Position numbers and translations under genes: made by a program
Assembly: GCA_965248355.1 (NCBI GenBank)
Contig: OZ252098.1
Location: 4,448,001 to 4,512,000, forward strand
Length of the DNA stretch: 64,000 bases
Direction: 5' to 3'
Source of the DNA: Candidatus Latescibacterota bacterium
Lineage (GTDB): Bacteria; Latescibacterota; UBA2968; UBA8231
Shown: in pieces, positions 1 through 10,099 of the stretch
Numbering within the stretch: position 1 is the first letter of the stretch
Layout: each line of letters opens with the position of its first letter
The notes under the pieces: generated by a model
Told to the model about the DNA's origin: nothing
Seen by the model: the letters and a program-made list of their open reading frames with translations, nothing else
The model's database searches: none

Positions 1-182
1 ACCGCGAAGGCGCCTACCGGCACCTGATGAACGACCAGGACCTGGAGAACCTGCCCTGGCTGCGCGCCTTCAGCCGGTACGACCTCTACTCCAAGGGCTC
101 GGAGCCGCCCGACGCGGACGGCCTGCGCGGCCACTACACCGATCTCATCGACCGCTACTTCCCCACGGCTCTCGACTGGTGA
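1..182 (+). CDS. myo-inositol oxygenase (MIOX family), 3' end only
   Basis: Frame from nt 3 reads REGAYRHLMNDQDLENLPWLRAFSRYDLYSKG...HYTDLIDRYFPTALDW*, which matches the MIOX C-terminus (GAYxHLM, YDLYSK, YFPxxLxW). Not in ORF track; 5' end is outside the window. Confidence 0.85.
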   Translation, partial: REGAYRHLMNDQDLENLPWLRAFSRYDLYSKGSEPPDADGLRGHYTDLIDRYFPTALDW

Positions 183-204
183 GCCCCATGGACTCGGCCA
201 ACGG

Positions 205-1295
205 CCCGGGAGGGTGAAGCTCCGGGGGCGGCTCAGACGGCGCCGAGGGCCCAGACCGGTGCCCCCCAGGACCCGGGAGCGCCCCTTGTCGACCCGGTAG
301 AACCGCTCGAAGACGCGCTCCACCTCGTTCGAAGGGACGCCGATCCCCGTGTCCGTCACCTCGACGACCACGGCGCCGCGGCCGGGCCCGCCGTCTCCCC
401 GGCTCTCGGGGAGCGAGGTCCAGTCGCGGCCCTCCAGTTCGGCCTCGGCCCGGGCCCGGGAAAGGGCGCGGGCCGACACCCGGACGGCGTCCTCCTCGGA
501 GGTGTACTTGAGGGCGTTGTCCACCAGATTGATGAGGGCCTGCTCGATGAGCCTGCGGTCGCAGCGCGCCTCCAGCTCGGAAGGCACGGCCACCTGGAGC
601 TGGATCCCCTTGTCGGCGGCGGCCTTCGAGACCGCGTCCCGGGCCGTGTCGATCAGGCGGGCCACCCGTACCTCGGCCGGCTCCAGCGTGGCCTGCTCCG
701 ACTCGAGGCGGGCCAGGTCCAGCAGGTCGTTCAGCAGGGTCGTCAGGCGGTCGGCGTGGTTGTTGATGACGTCGACGGAGCGCTGCGCCGCGGACGGGTC
801 CCGGAGGGCGCCGTCGGCCAGGGTCTCGGCGCACCCCTTGATCGCCGTCAGGGGCGTGCGCAGCTCGTGGGAGACGTTGGCCACGAAGTCCTGGCGCATC
901 CGCTCCAGCCGGCGCAGGCGGGTGATCTCGTAGAACACGGTCACCGTGCCGGAGACCCCCTCCGGGCCCGGGATCGGCGCCGTGTGCACGTCGAGGTAGC
1001 GCGGCGGGCCCCCGCCCTCGGTGATCTCGCAGAAGGTCGGTCCGCGGCCGGCGAGGGCATCCTCGATCGCCTCCCCCACCGTGGCGTTGCGCACGGCCTC
1101 CGCCGGCCTGCTCCCCGCCAGCTCCCGCGTCAGGCCGTAGAGATCCCGCAGGGCCCGGTTGGCCATGAGGATGCGGCCGCCGCCGTCGGTGACCAGGATG
1201 CCCTCGGTGATGCTGTCGCGGCCCAGGGACCGCGCCATGGCGGCTCCCAGGGCCAGTCCGGCGCCGCCGAGGGCCAGCTGCCAGTGCAGTCGCAT
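205..1295 (-). pseudogene. phoR: PhoR-like PAS sensor histidine kinase, degraded
   Basis: ATG at 1295 (MRLHWQLALGG..), PAS segment, H-box FVANVSHELRTPLTAIKG, N-box LINLVDNALKY, G1 DTGIG, F-box FERFYRVDK, G2 GGTGLG. Frameshift near 1010, apparent deletion between the N-terminal hydrophobic stretch and PAS, and the segment after GTGLG is mostly missing. 3' end approximate. Confidence 0.75.
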
Positions 1296-1324
1296 GTCCA
1301 CGTGTCCGCCGCCGCGGCGGACTC

Positions 1325-1977
1325 TCAGGCCGCGTCCCGGCGGAACCGGTAGCCCACGCCGCGCACCGTCTCCACCAGGACCTGGGCCTCGCCGAGCTTC
1401 TCGCGAAGCCTGCGGACGTGGGTGTCGACGGTGCGGCCGTATCCCGGGTACTGATACCCCCACACCACGTTCAGCAGCTCCTCGCGGCTCTGCACCCGGC
1501 CGCTGCGCTGAACCAGGGTCAGCAGCAGCTTGAACTCGGTCGCCGTCAGCCTCAGGGGCTGGCCGTCGACGAAGGCGTGATGCCCCTCGGAGTCGATGGT
1601 CACGGGTCCGGCGGTGATGCGCTCCGCGGAGCCCACCGCCTCCGAGGGCGGCCGCCGGAGCGCCGCAGGATCGCCTTCACCCGCAGGACCAGCTCCCGGG
1701 GCGAGAAGGGCTTCACCACGTAGTCGTCGGCCCCCAGCTCGAGACCGACGATGCGGTCCACCTCCTCCGCCTTGGAGGTGAGCATGAGGACGGGGATGTT
1801 GCGCACCGATCCTCGCTGCTTCAACAGCCGGCAGACCTCGAGGCCGTCCATGCCGGGCAGCATGAGGTCGAGGATGATCAGGTTCGGTTGGCTCCGCTCC
1901 GCCATCTCGAGGGCCGCTTCACCCTCTTCGGCTGCCTCCACCACCATGCCGGCCTGCCGCAGGTTGTAGGAGAGCTC
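1325..1977 (-). pseudogene. phoB: OmpR/PhoB-family response regulator, frameshifted and 5'-truncated
   Basis: Receiver domain ([24 protein letters not shown]) at 1600-1977 and winged-helix domain (LTATEFKLL, RTVDTHVRRLREKL, ETVRGVGY) at 1325-1636 are in different frames. The first ~15 receiver residues are missing at the 1977 junction. Confidence 0.8.
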
Positions 1978-1978
1978 G

Positions 1979-3010
1979 CATCGCTACCGGGGCGACGTGA
2001 ACGAGTTCTTCACCGACACCAACGTGGGCATCATCGACACCACCGGAGCCCTGCCGCGCTTCGGCAACTATATCGTGGACGCCACCCTGCCCTCGAACAC
2101 CTACGACGGCGACCAGCGGATCCTCGCCGGCTATGGAATGGTCGAGCTGCCGCTGAACCGCCAGCTGCGGCTCATCACCGGCGCGCGTTTCGAGACCACC
2201 CGCATCGACGTGGCCAGCGCCAACCCGGATCTGCCCGAGGGCGAGCTGGAGACGAACGACCTGCTGCCCTCGGTCAATCGCGTCTACCAGGTGGGCGAGG
2301 CGAACATGCGCCTGTCCTACGGCCGCACCCTGGCCCGCCCCACCTTCCGCGAGCTGGCGCCGTTCTCCTCCTTCGCCTTCGTGGGGGACTTCATCCTCAC
2401 CGGCAACGAGGAGCTGAAGCGGACCCTCATCGACAACTACGACCTGCGCTGGGAGTGGTTTCCCAACCCAGGCGAGATCTTACGCGGTGAGCGGGTTCTA
2501 CAAGCTCTTTCAGAACCCCATCGAGCGGGCCATCCGACCACCAACGGAGAGATCCAGTACCAGAACGTGGACGAGGCCACCGTGGCCGGGCTGGAGTTCG
2601 AGGGGCGCGAGAACCTGGGCATCCTCGGAGAGGGCTGGCGCAACTTCTTCGCCGGCGGCAACGTGTCTCTCATCTACTCAACGTCGACATCCCCGAGAGC
2701 GAGCTGGCCATCATTCGCGGCTTCGACCCCGACGCCGAGACCAGCCGCTCCCTCCAGGGCCAGTCGCCCTTCGTGGTGAACCTCGACCTCATCTACGACA
2801 ACTTCGAGACCGGCACCGGGGCGGGGCTGTACTACAACATCTTCGGGCGGCGCCTATCCGAGGTCAGTCTCGGCGGCGCGCCCAACGTCTTCGAGGAGCC
2901 CCGGTCGACCCTGGACTTCACCCTGACGAGGAGCCTCGGCGCCTGGTACAGCCTCAAGCTCACGGCCAGGAATCTGCTCGACTCGGCCTACCGTTTCGCC
3001 TTCTGGCTCG
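1979..3010 (+). pseudogene. TonB-dependent receptor, C-terminal barrel fragment
   Basis: RLSYGRTLARPTFRELAPF, GNEELK, DNYDLRWEWF, GFYKLFQNPIE, LQGQSPFVVN, ARNLLDS motifs spread over three frames (shifts near 2485, 2535, 2680). No N-terminal plug or signal peptide. Confidence 0.8.
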
Positions 3011-3080
3011 ACCTCACGCAGGGGGACGGCCTCGACCGACCCGCTATATTCTGTCGGTCCTCAACCAAGGGAGTTGAAAC

Positions 3081-3704
3081 GTGGCCGACGTCCTGAACAT
3101 CGACCCCGAGCACCTAAAGGGCCGCCACCTGCGCCGGGCCGTGGAGGTCCTGGTCGGCGGCGGCGTCCTCATCTATCCCACCGACACGATCTACGGCCTC
3201 GGCTGCGACATCACCCAGAAGACCGCGGTCGAGCGCATCCGGCGCATCAAGGGCCGCGACGCCCGCAAGCCCATGTCCTTCGTCTGCGCCGATCTCAACG
3301 ACATCGCCCGCTACGCCCGGGTGTCGAACTACGCCTACCGGATCCTGCGGCGCCTGCTGCCCGGCCCCTACACCTTCGTGCTGCCGGCCACCAAGGAGAC
3401 CCCCCGGCTGCTGCGGAGCCGGCAGAAGACGGTGGGCATCCGCATCCCCGACCACCCGGTGACGGCGGCCCTGGTGAGGGAGCTGGGCCGGCCGATCCTG
3501 AGCACCAGCGCCAACCGCTCGGAGCAGGACGCGATCACGGATCCCTGGCAGCTCGAGGAAGAGCTGGGCCACGACGTGGACCTGATCCTCGAGTGCGCCC
3601 AGCTGCCGGTGCTGCCCTCCAGTGTCGTCTCCCTCGTGGGCGACGAGGCCGTCGTTCTGCGCCGCGGATCGGGGGACCTGAGCCAGTTCCAGGAGCCGGC
3701 GTGA
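3081..3704 (+). CDS. tsaC: L-threonylcarbamoyladenylate synthase (Sua5/YrdC/YciO family)
   Basis: YPTDTIYGLGC, KGR..KP, LPGPYTF, STSAN motifs; RBS AAGGGAG upstream. Confidence 0.88.
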   Translation: MADVLNIDPEHLKGRHLRRAVEVLVGGGVLIYPTDTIYGLGCDITQKTAVERIRRIKGRDARKPMSFVCADLNDIARYARVSNYAYRILRRLLPGPYTFVLPATKETPRLLRSRQKTVGIRIPDHPVTAALVRELGRPILSTSANRSEQDAITDPWQLEEELGHDVDLILECAQLPVLPSSVVSLVGDEAVVLRRGSGDLSQFQEPA

Positions 3705-6079
3705 GGCTCAGCCGAGGCCTGACCGGGCTCCTTCTCCTGACGGCCGCCGCCCCCTGCGCCGGCCAGTTCACCTCTTGGGCCGCCCGCAGCGAGTTCGCCC
3801 CGGGGCCGCCGGGCGTGGCGCCAGCCGGGATGCTGGGTTACCTCAACCCCGCGGTGCTGGCCCGCCTCCAGGCGGCCGAGTCGACCGTGGCCTGGTCCGC
3901 CGGTGACGGGGAGGACCCGGCCAGCGAATGGGGCCTGTTCACCGCCCTGCCCCATCTCGGCTTCGGCGTGCTGCGCCGCGCCGATGGCGGGGAGGGGTTC
4001 CGGGACTACCGCCTCGGCTTCGGGGCCGGGGACCGGGGCGCCTCGGCCGGCCTCGCCTGGGGCTGGTCGAGCGAGGACGGTTCGGACCCCGTGTGGGTCG
4101 CCGGCGCCCTGTGGCAGCCGTCGACCCTGTGGTCCCTGGGTGCGGCGTGGACGGCCGTCCTCGACGGAGGCGCCCGCGAATTCGCCGGGAGCGTGGGCCT
4201 GCGCCCCCTCCGCTCCGACCGGCTGACCGTGTACGGCGAGGCCGTCCGCGCCAGCGCCGCCGCCGGCGGAGACAGCTGGAGCGCCGGGGCCCTGATGCGG
4301 CTGTGGGAAGGCCTGCAACTGGCCGGCCGGTACCGCGAGGACGGGGCGGTCACCGCCGGTCTGCGGGTCGAGTTCGGGGGGCTGGGTCTGTGGACGCAGT
4401 CCCGCCGGGACCGCGACGGGGACCGCACGCGCAACCTCCACATGGTCCGCCTCGGACCGAACCGGGGCACGGTGCTGGCGCCTTTGCACCGGCGCCGGCC
4501 GAGCATGGTGCGGCTCGACCTGCACGGCTCTCTGAAGCACCGCGTGGCCCCCTTTTTCGACGACGGGCGCTCCCATCTCGGCCTCCTGCTCGACCTGCGG
4601 CGGGTGGAGCGCGACCCCGGCCTGGCGGGCGTCTCCGTCAACCTGTCGGGCCTGCGGCTGGACCCGGCCATGGCGTGGGAGCTGCGCCGCCGCCTGGAGC
4701 GTATCCGCCAGGCGGGCAAGCGCGTCGTCGTGTACGTGGACCGCGCCGACCTGCGCGGCTATCGGCTTGCCTCGGCGGCGGACCGCATCGTCCTCGATCC
4801 GGTGGGCGGGCTCTCCCTGCGGGGGTTCGCGGCCGGCCAGCTCTACCTGCGCGACGCCCTCGACAAGCTCGGCATCGGCAGCCAGGTCTGGAACTATCAC
4901 GAGTACAAGACCGGCCCCGAGCCCTTGACCCGCAGCGACATGTCCGCGGCCGACCGGGAGCAGTTGCAGGCCCTCGTGGACGGCGCCTACGAGCGCGCCC
5001 GGGCCGACATCAGCCAGGCCCGCGGCCTGACCCCGGAGGCCTTCGATCAACTGGTGGACGAGGTCTCCCTGTTCACTCCTCGGCTCGCCCTGGAGCACGG
5101 ACTCGTCGACACGGTGGGACGGTGGGATGCCGGCGAGGGGAAGGCGCTGGAGGAGCTGCCGCCGCAACCGGCCGACGAGGAGTGGGGCGCGCCGCCCACC
5201 GTGGCCCTCGTCTACGCCCTGGGGGTCTGCGCCATGGATACCGGCATCGGCGCCCGCCGCCTGTCGCAGGAGCTGCGGGACCTGGCCGGGGAGCCGGGGG
5301 TGGACGCCGTGGTCCTGCGCGTCGACTCCCCGGGGGGAGACCCGCTGGCCTCGGACCTGGTGGCGGAGGCGATCCGCAAGGTGAGCGCCGAGAAGCCCCT
5401 GGTCGTCTCCCAGGGCCGTTGGGCCACCTCGGGCGGCTACTGGATATCGATGGACGCGGATGCCATCGCCGCCACCCCCGAGACCGTCACCGGCAACATC
5501 GGCGTCTGGGCCAGCTGGCTCTACAACCGCGGCTTCCGCGAACGGCTGGGCCTGACCATCGATCACGTGCAGGCCGGCGCCCACGCCGACCTCGGACTGG
5601 GGATGCCCCTGCCCCTGCTCGGGGCCCTGCCCGACCGCCCCCTCGACGAGAAGGAGGCGGCGCGCTTCGACCACGCCCTGGAGAGTCTCTACGACGGCTT
5701 CGTGCACCGCGTCGCCGAGGCCCGCCGCAGCACCCCGGAAGAGGTGGACGGCGTCGCCCGGGGCCGGGTGTGGTCCGGGCCCGATGCCCTGCGGGCCGGC
5801 CTGGTGGACACCCTGGGCGGCCTCGAGACGGCCCTGACCATGGCCAGCCGGCGGGCCGGCCTGTCCCCGGGCCGGCGGCTGCGCGTGGTCGAACGGCCGC
5901 CGCTGAGCCCCTTTTCCCTGCCGGCCCTGGCGGACCTGCTGAGAGGCGCCCGGGGCCCCGCCGCGGCCCCCTTCTGGGTCGAATGGCTGCGTCTGCGGCT
6001 GGACCACAACGGCCAGCCCCTGCTGATGCCGCCGGAACCCGTCCTCGACGAGCTGGGCCCGGCCCGGCCGTACCCGTAA
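3701..6079 (+). CDS. sppA: signal peptide peptidase SppA (S49) with N-terminal beta-strand-rich (barrel-like) extension
   Basis: YKTGPE (catalytic Lys region), LRVDSPGG, ATSGGYWIS (catalytic Ser), RGRVWSG..GLVD. GTG start at 3701 overlaps the tsaC stop. Confidence 0.8.
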   Translation: MRLSRGLTGLLLLTAAAPCAGQFTSWAARSEFAPGPPGVAPAGMLGYLNPAVLARLQAAESTVAWSAGDGEDPASEWGLFTALPHLGFGVLRRADGGEGFRDYRLGFGAGDRGASAGLAWGWSSEDGSDPVWVAGALWQPSTLWSLGAAWTAVLDGGAREFAGSVGLRPLRSDRLTVYGEAVRASAAAGGDSWSAGALMRLWEGLQLAGRYREDGAVTAGLRVEFGGLGLWTQSRRDRDGDRTRNLHMVRLGPNRGTVLAPLHRRRPSMVRLDLHGSLKHRVAPFFDDGRSHLGLLLDLRRVERDPGLAGVSVNLSGLRLDPAMAWELRRRLERIRQAGKRVVVYVDRADLRGYRLASAADRIVLDPVGGLSLRGFAAGQLYLRDALDKLGIGSQVWNYHEYKTGPEPLTRSDMSAADREQLQALVDGAYERARADISQARGLTPEAFDQLVDEVSLFTPRLALEHGLVDTVGRWDAGEGKALEELPPQPADEEWGAPPTVALVYALGVCAMDTGIGARRLSQELRDLAGEPGVDAVVLRVDSPGGDPLASDLVAEAIRKVSAEKPLVVSQGRWATSGGYWISMDADAIAATPETVTGNIGVWASWLYNRGFRERLGLTIDHVQAGAHADLGLGMPLPLLGALPDRPLDEKEAARFDHALESLYDGFVHRVAEARRSTPEEVDGVARGRVWSGPDALRAGLVDTLGGLETALTMASRRAGLSPGRRLRVVERPPLSPFSLPALADLLRGARGPAAAPFWVEWLRLRLDHNGQPLLMPPEPVLDELGPARPYP

Positions 6080-6090
6080 AGGAGAGATAC

Positions 6091-7215
6091 GTGGACTCGA
6101 CACAGGCCCGAGACCTGTACGCCGAACTGGGCGCCGTGCCCGTGATCAACGCCAAGGGCAACCTCACCATGCTCGGGGGCTCGTCGCCCTCGCCGGCGGT
6201 GGCGGCCGCCATGGAGCTGTCGAGCCGCTACTACGTCGACATGGACCAGCTGCTGGCCGGCAGCGGCCGGGTCGTGTCCGGCCTGCTCGGGTGCGAGGCG
6301 GCCCTGGTGACGCCCGGCTGCGCCGCCGCCCTGGTCCTGGGCACGGCCGCCTGCATCACCGGCGACGACCCGGAGCTCATGGCCCGGCTCCCGGACACCT
6401 CCGGCCTGAAGGGCGAGGTCGTCATCCAGGCGCCGCAGCGCTACAAGTACGACCGCGTCGTGCGCATGACCGGCGCCCGCCTCGTCGAGTCCGGCACGGC
6501 CGAATCCAGCACCCGCGAGGATTTCCAGTCCGCCCTGGGCGGCGACACCGCCGCCGTCCTGTACCCCTGCGTGTCCGCGCCGGCGGGATTCCTGTCCCTG
6601 GAGGAGGTCCTGGAGATCGCCGGCCAGGCCGGCGTGCCCGTCATCGCCGACGCCGCCTGGCGCGTCCAGCTGAGCGAGTTCCGCTCCTTCGCCACCTGCG
6701 GCGCCGACCTGGTCGGCTTCGGCGCCAAGTACTTCGGCGCGCCCAACTCCTCGGGACTGCTGTGCGGCCGGCGAGACCTGGTGGAGGCCGCCCGGGCCCA
6801 CGCCTTCGCCGCCTTCGAGCGCCGCGGCTTCTCCGGGTACGGCCGGCCCCTGAAGATCGACCGCCAGGAGGTGGTGGGCGTGGTCGCCGCCCTGCGGGAA
6901 TGGCTGCGGGAGGAGACCCAGGCGGCGCGGGACGAGGCGGCCAGCCGCCGGGGCCGGGCCCTGCGCGATCAGCTGGCCGGACTGCCGGGCGTGAGCCTGG
7001 TGCCGGCCGCCGGCGCCGGCGTGACCAGCCTGGGTCTCATCCTGGGCGGGGAGGCTCCCGTCGATGGCGCCGGCCTGGCGGCCCTTCTGGAGCAGAGCAA
7101 CCCCTCCATCTGGGCCCACGGCGAGGGCGCCTCGGTGGGGTTCTCCATGTACACGGTCCAGGACGGCGACGAGGCCGAGATCGCCCGCCGGGTGCGGGAG
7201 GTTCTCGCTTGCTGA
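6091..7215 (+). CDS. SelA/DgaE-like PLP-dependent enzyme
   Basis: VINAKGNLTMLGGS, ALVTPGCAAAL, VPVIADAA, GADLVGFGAKYFGAP, GRPLKIDRQE; RBS AAGGAGAG before GTG 6091. Confidence 0.8.
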   Translation: MDSTQARDLYAELGAVPVINAKGNLTMLGGSSPSPAVAAAMELSSRYYVDMDQLLAGSGRVVSGLLGCEAALVTPGCAAALVLGTAACITGDDPELMARLPDTSGLKGEVVIQAPQRYKYDRVVRMTGARLVESGTAESSTREDFQSALGGDTAAVLYPCVSAPAGFLSLEEVLEIAGQAGVPVIADAAWRVQLSEFRSFATCGADLVGFGAKYFGAPNSSGLLCGRRDLVEAARAHAFAAFERRGFSGYGRPLKIDRQEVVGVVAALREWLREETQAARDEAASRRGRALRDQLAGLPGVSLVPAAGAGVTSLGLILGGEAPVDGAGLAALLEQSNPSIWAHGEGASVGFSMYTVQDGDEAEIARRVREVLAC

Positions 7216-8447
7216 CCCGGCGGCCGAGGCCGTGCACCTCGAGGGGATCGCCAGCGGCGCTGGCCGTCCTTGCGAGCGGCTCCGTCCTGTGCTCGGCCGG
7301 CTGTGCGGCCCCCCCGGAACCTCCGCCGCCGGCCGACGGCGCGCGCTACATGGCATCCCATCGCTACCCGGAGGCGGCGGCCGTGTACCGGGAAGCCCTG
7401 GGCCGGAGGCCGCGCTCGGCGCAGCTGCACATACAGCTGGCCCGGGCCCTGGCGGCCGACGAGGACCCGAGAGGAGCCGTGGAGGCGTACGAACGGGGCA
7501 TCGCCCTGGCGCCGAGGGACGCAGGAGCCCGCGCCGAGCTGGCCGTGCTGCTCACCCGTCTCGATCGCTTCGACGACGCCCGGGCCGAGCTGGAAACGGC
7601 CGTCGCGGCCGATCCCGGGTATGCGTGGGGACACGACCTCCTCGGCCGCCTGCACCAGAGGGAGGGGCGCTACGAACTGGCCGCCGCGGCCTTTCGGAGA
7701 GCCGTGGCCGCCGATCCGGGCTACGGGGACGGTTGGTACGGCCTCGGCCGGACGCACCTGAAGCGTACCGCCCTGGACAGCGCCGAGGCCGCTTTCCGCC
7801 GGTCCGTGGCCGCCGACTCGACCGACGCCAGGTTCCGCGACGCTCTCGGCTTTGTCCACTACAAGCGCGGTGAGTACGCCCGGGCGGTCGAACCCCTGGA
7901 GGCGGCGGTGCGGCTGGAGCCCCTCTACGCACAGGCTCGCTTCCACCTGGGCAATACCTACCTGCGCCTCGGGCGCCGGGAGGAGGGCCGCGCGGAGCTG
8001 GAGAGCTTCCGCCGCCTGGAGGAACAGGAGCGGCAGATCCAGTCCCTGGAGACAACCCTGCTGCAGGCGCCCCACCGGGCGGGCATCTATCACGATCTGG
8101 CCGTTCTCCACGGCCGGCGGGGCGAGCTCGACAGGGCGCGCCGCCGCTACATCCAGGCCGTGACGCGGGACTCCAACTTCGCGCCGTCGTACCACAACCT
8201 GGGCAACATGCAGTTGCGCGCCGGAGACCTGAGGGAGGCCATGGGGCTCTACCGCCGGGCCCTGCGGGCCGACTCCACCTACGTGCTGGCCTATCGGTCT
8301 CTGGGCAACGGTTACGTGCGCCAGCGGCAACTGGCGGCGGCGCTGCGGACCTACAGCCGAGGTCTCCGCCACGACCCGAATGACGCCGAGCTGCGGAAGC
8401 GGGCGCGGATCGTGGAGGAGATGCTCCAGCAGGCCGGGGGCCGGTGA
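7209..8447 (+). CDS. TPR-repeat protein, possible lipoprotein
   Basis: Many TPR helices (A..LG..Y..G...A); LCSAGC lipobox-like stretch. Start uncertain (TTG 7209). Confidence 0.75.
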   Translation: MLTRRPRPCTSRGSPAALAVLASGSVLCSAGCAAPPEPPPPADGARYMASHRYPEAAAVYREALGRRPRSAQLHIQLARALAADEDPRGAVEAYERGIALAPRDAGARAELAVLLTRLDRFDDARAELETAVAADPGYAWGHDLLGRLHQREGRYELAAAAFRRAVAADPGYGDGWYGLGRTHLKRTALDSAEAAFRRSVAADSTDARFRDALGFVHYKRGEYARAVEPLEAAVRLEPLYAQARFHLGNTYLRLGRREEGRAELESFRRLEEQERQIQSLETTLLQAPHRAGIYHDLAVLHGRRGELDRARRRYIQAVTRDSNFAPSYHNLGNMQLRAGDLREAMGLYRRALRADSTYVLAYRSLGNGYVRQRQLAAALRTYSRGLRHDPNDAELRKRARIVEEMLQQAGGR

Positions 8448-10099
8448 GGCGCGCGGTCCGGGCAGGTCTCGGGGCGCTTCTGGCGCTGGCGGCGCCGGGC
8501 GCCTCCGAGGGGGACGCCGGCGTGCGCTTCGTGGATGTCACCCAGGCCGCGGGCATCGACTTCCGCTATGTCAACGGCGCCGGCGGCCACAAGTACATGC
8601 CCGAAGCCGTGGGCTCCGGCGCCGCCTTCTTCGACGCCGACGGCGACGGACGACTGGACCTGTACATCGTCAACGGGGCTCCGCTGCCAGGATACACGGG
8701 CGACGAGGACGCCCACAACGCCCTGTTCCGCAACGCCGGTGACGGCACCTTCCAGGAGGTCACGGCCGCCAGCGGCACCGGCGACCGGGGCTTCGGCATG
8801 GCCGCCGCCGTGGGCGACTACGACAACGACGGCGACGCCGACTTGTACGTGGGCAACTTCGGTCCCAACGTGCTGTTCCGGAACCAGGGCGCCGGACGGT
8901 TCCGGGACGTCACCGCCGCGGCGGCCGTGGGCGACTCCGGCTGGGGGGCTCACGCCGCCTTCGCCGACTACGACCGCGACGGCGATCTCGATCTCTACGT
9001 GGCCAACTACATGGACTTCGACGTGGCGGCCAACCTGGAGTGCTTCGGCGGCCAGGTCCGCGCCTACTGCGGCCCCACCACCTACCCGGGGCAGTCCGGC
9101 GTCCTCTACCGCAACGACGGCGACGCTCCCTTCACCGACGTCACCGAGGAGGCGGGCCTGCGCAACGAGACGGGCCGGCAGCTGGCCGCCGTCTTCGGCG
9201 ATGTCGACGACGACGGCGATGTCGACCTCTTCGTGGCCAACGACAAGACGCCGAACTTCCTCTTCCTCAACCAGGACGACGGCACCTTTCTCGAAGCCGC
9301 GGCCGTTGCCGGCGTCGCCTACAACGAGGAGGGTCTGGCCGAGTCGGCCATGGGCGCCGACTTGGGCGACTACGACAACGACGGCCGTCTGGACATCGCC
9401 CTGGCCACCTTCCAGTGGCTCCCGAACACCCTGTATCACAACGACGGCGGCGGCTTCTTCTCCGATGTCACCTTCGCCGCCGGCCTCGGGGCGGAGAGCG
9501 TCCCGTACCTGGGCATGACGGCCGCCTTCTTCGACTACGACAACGACGGCTGGCTCGACCTGTTCGTCAGCAACGGCCACCTGGACGAGAACGTGCGGGA
9601 GTTCGATCCTTCCACGTCCTATGCGCAAGTCAACCAGCTCTTCCGCAACGGCGGCGACGGCAGCTTCACGGAGGTCACCCGCAGCAGCGGACCCGGCCTG
9701 CTAGTGGAGCGCGTCAGCCACGGCGCCGCCTTCGGCGACTACGACGAGGACGGGGACGTGGACCTCTTCGTCTCCGACTCGGCCTCGCCCCGGTGCACCC
9801 TGCTGCGCAACGACGACGGCAACCACAACCGCTTCCTGGTGGTCCACGCCGTCGGCACCCGCAGCAACCGCGACGCCATCGGCGCCCGCCTGCGGGCCGT
9901 GGCCGGAGACCTGGTCCTGACCCGCGAGGTGCGGCGCAGCCATGGCTACATGGGCTCCAGCGACGTGCGCGTGCACTTCGGACTCGGCCGCCGCACGCGG
10001 GTCGACTCGCTGAGCGTGCGCTGGCCCACCGGGGTCGTCCAGCGCCTGCGGGACCTGGCGGCGGACCAGTTCCTCCGGGTGGAGGAGCCGGCGCCGTGA
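8444..10099 (+). CDS. CRTAC1 family protein (FG-GAP/VCBS repeats + ASPIC/UnbV domain)
   Basis: Repeated GDYDNDGxxDL motifs, F.DVT..AG, C-terminal SNRDAIGARL..VHFGLG..VRWPTG. Confidence 0.9.
   Translation: MRRAVRAGLGALLALAAPGASEGDAGVRFVDVTQAAGIDFRYVNGAGGHKYMPEAVGSGAAFFDADGDGRLDLYIVNGAPLPGYTGDEDAHNALFRNAGDGTFQEVTAASGTGDRGFGMAAAVGDYDNDGDADLYVGNFGPNVLFRNQGAGRFRDVTAAAAVGDSGWGAHAAFADYDRDGDLDLYVANYMDFDVAANLECFGGQVRAYCGPTTYPGQSGVLYRNDGDAPFTDVTEEAGLRNETGRQLAAVFGDVDDDGDVDLFVANDKTPNFLFLNQDDGTFLEAAAVAGVAYNEEGLAESAMGADLGDYDNDGRLDIALATFQWLPNTLYHNDGGGFFSDVTFAAGLGAESVPYLGMTAAFFDYDNDGWLDLFVSNGHLDENVREFDPSTSYAQVNQLFRNGGDGSFTEVTRSSGPGLLVERVSHGAAFGDYDEDGDVDLFVSDSASPRCTLLRNDDGNHNRFLVVHAVGTRSNRDAIGARLRAVAGDLVLTREVRRSHGYMGSSDVRVHFGLGRRTRVDSLSVRWPTGVVQRLRDLAADQFLRVEEPAP

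Noticed and set aside
1630..1670. Programmed frameshift in the phoB-like gene
   Set aside because: No slippery heptamer seen, and the surrounding genes carry multiple lesions, so decay or error is more parsimonious.
6091..7215. True selenocysteine synthase selA
   Set aside because: Shorter than canonical SelA and no selB/selC/selD context.
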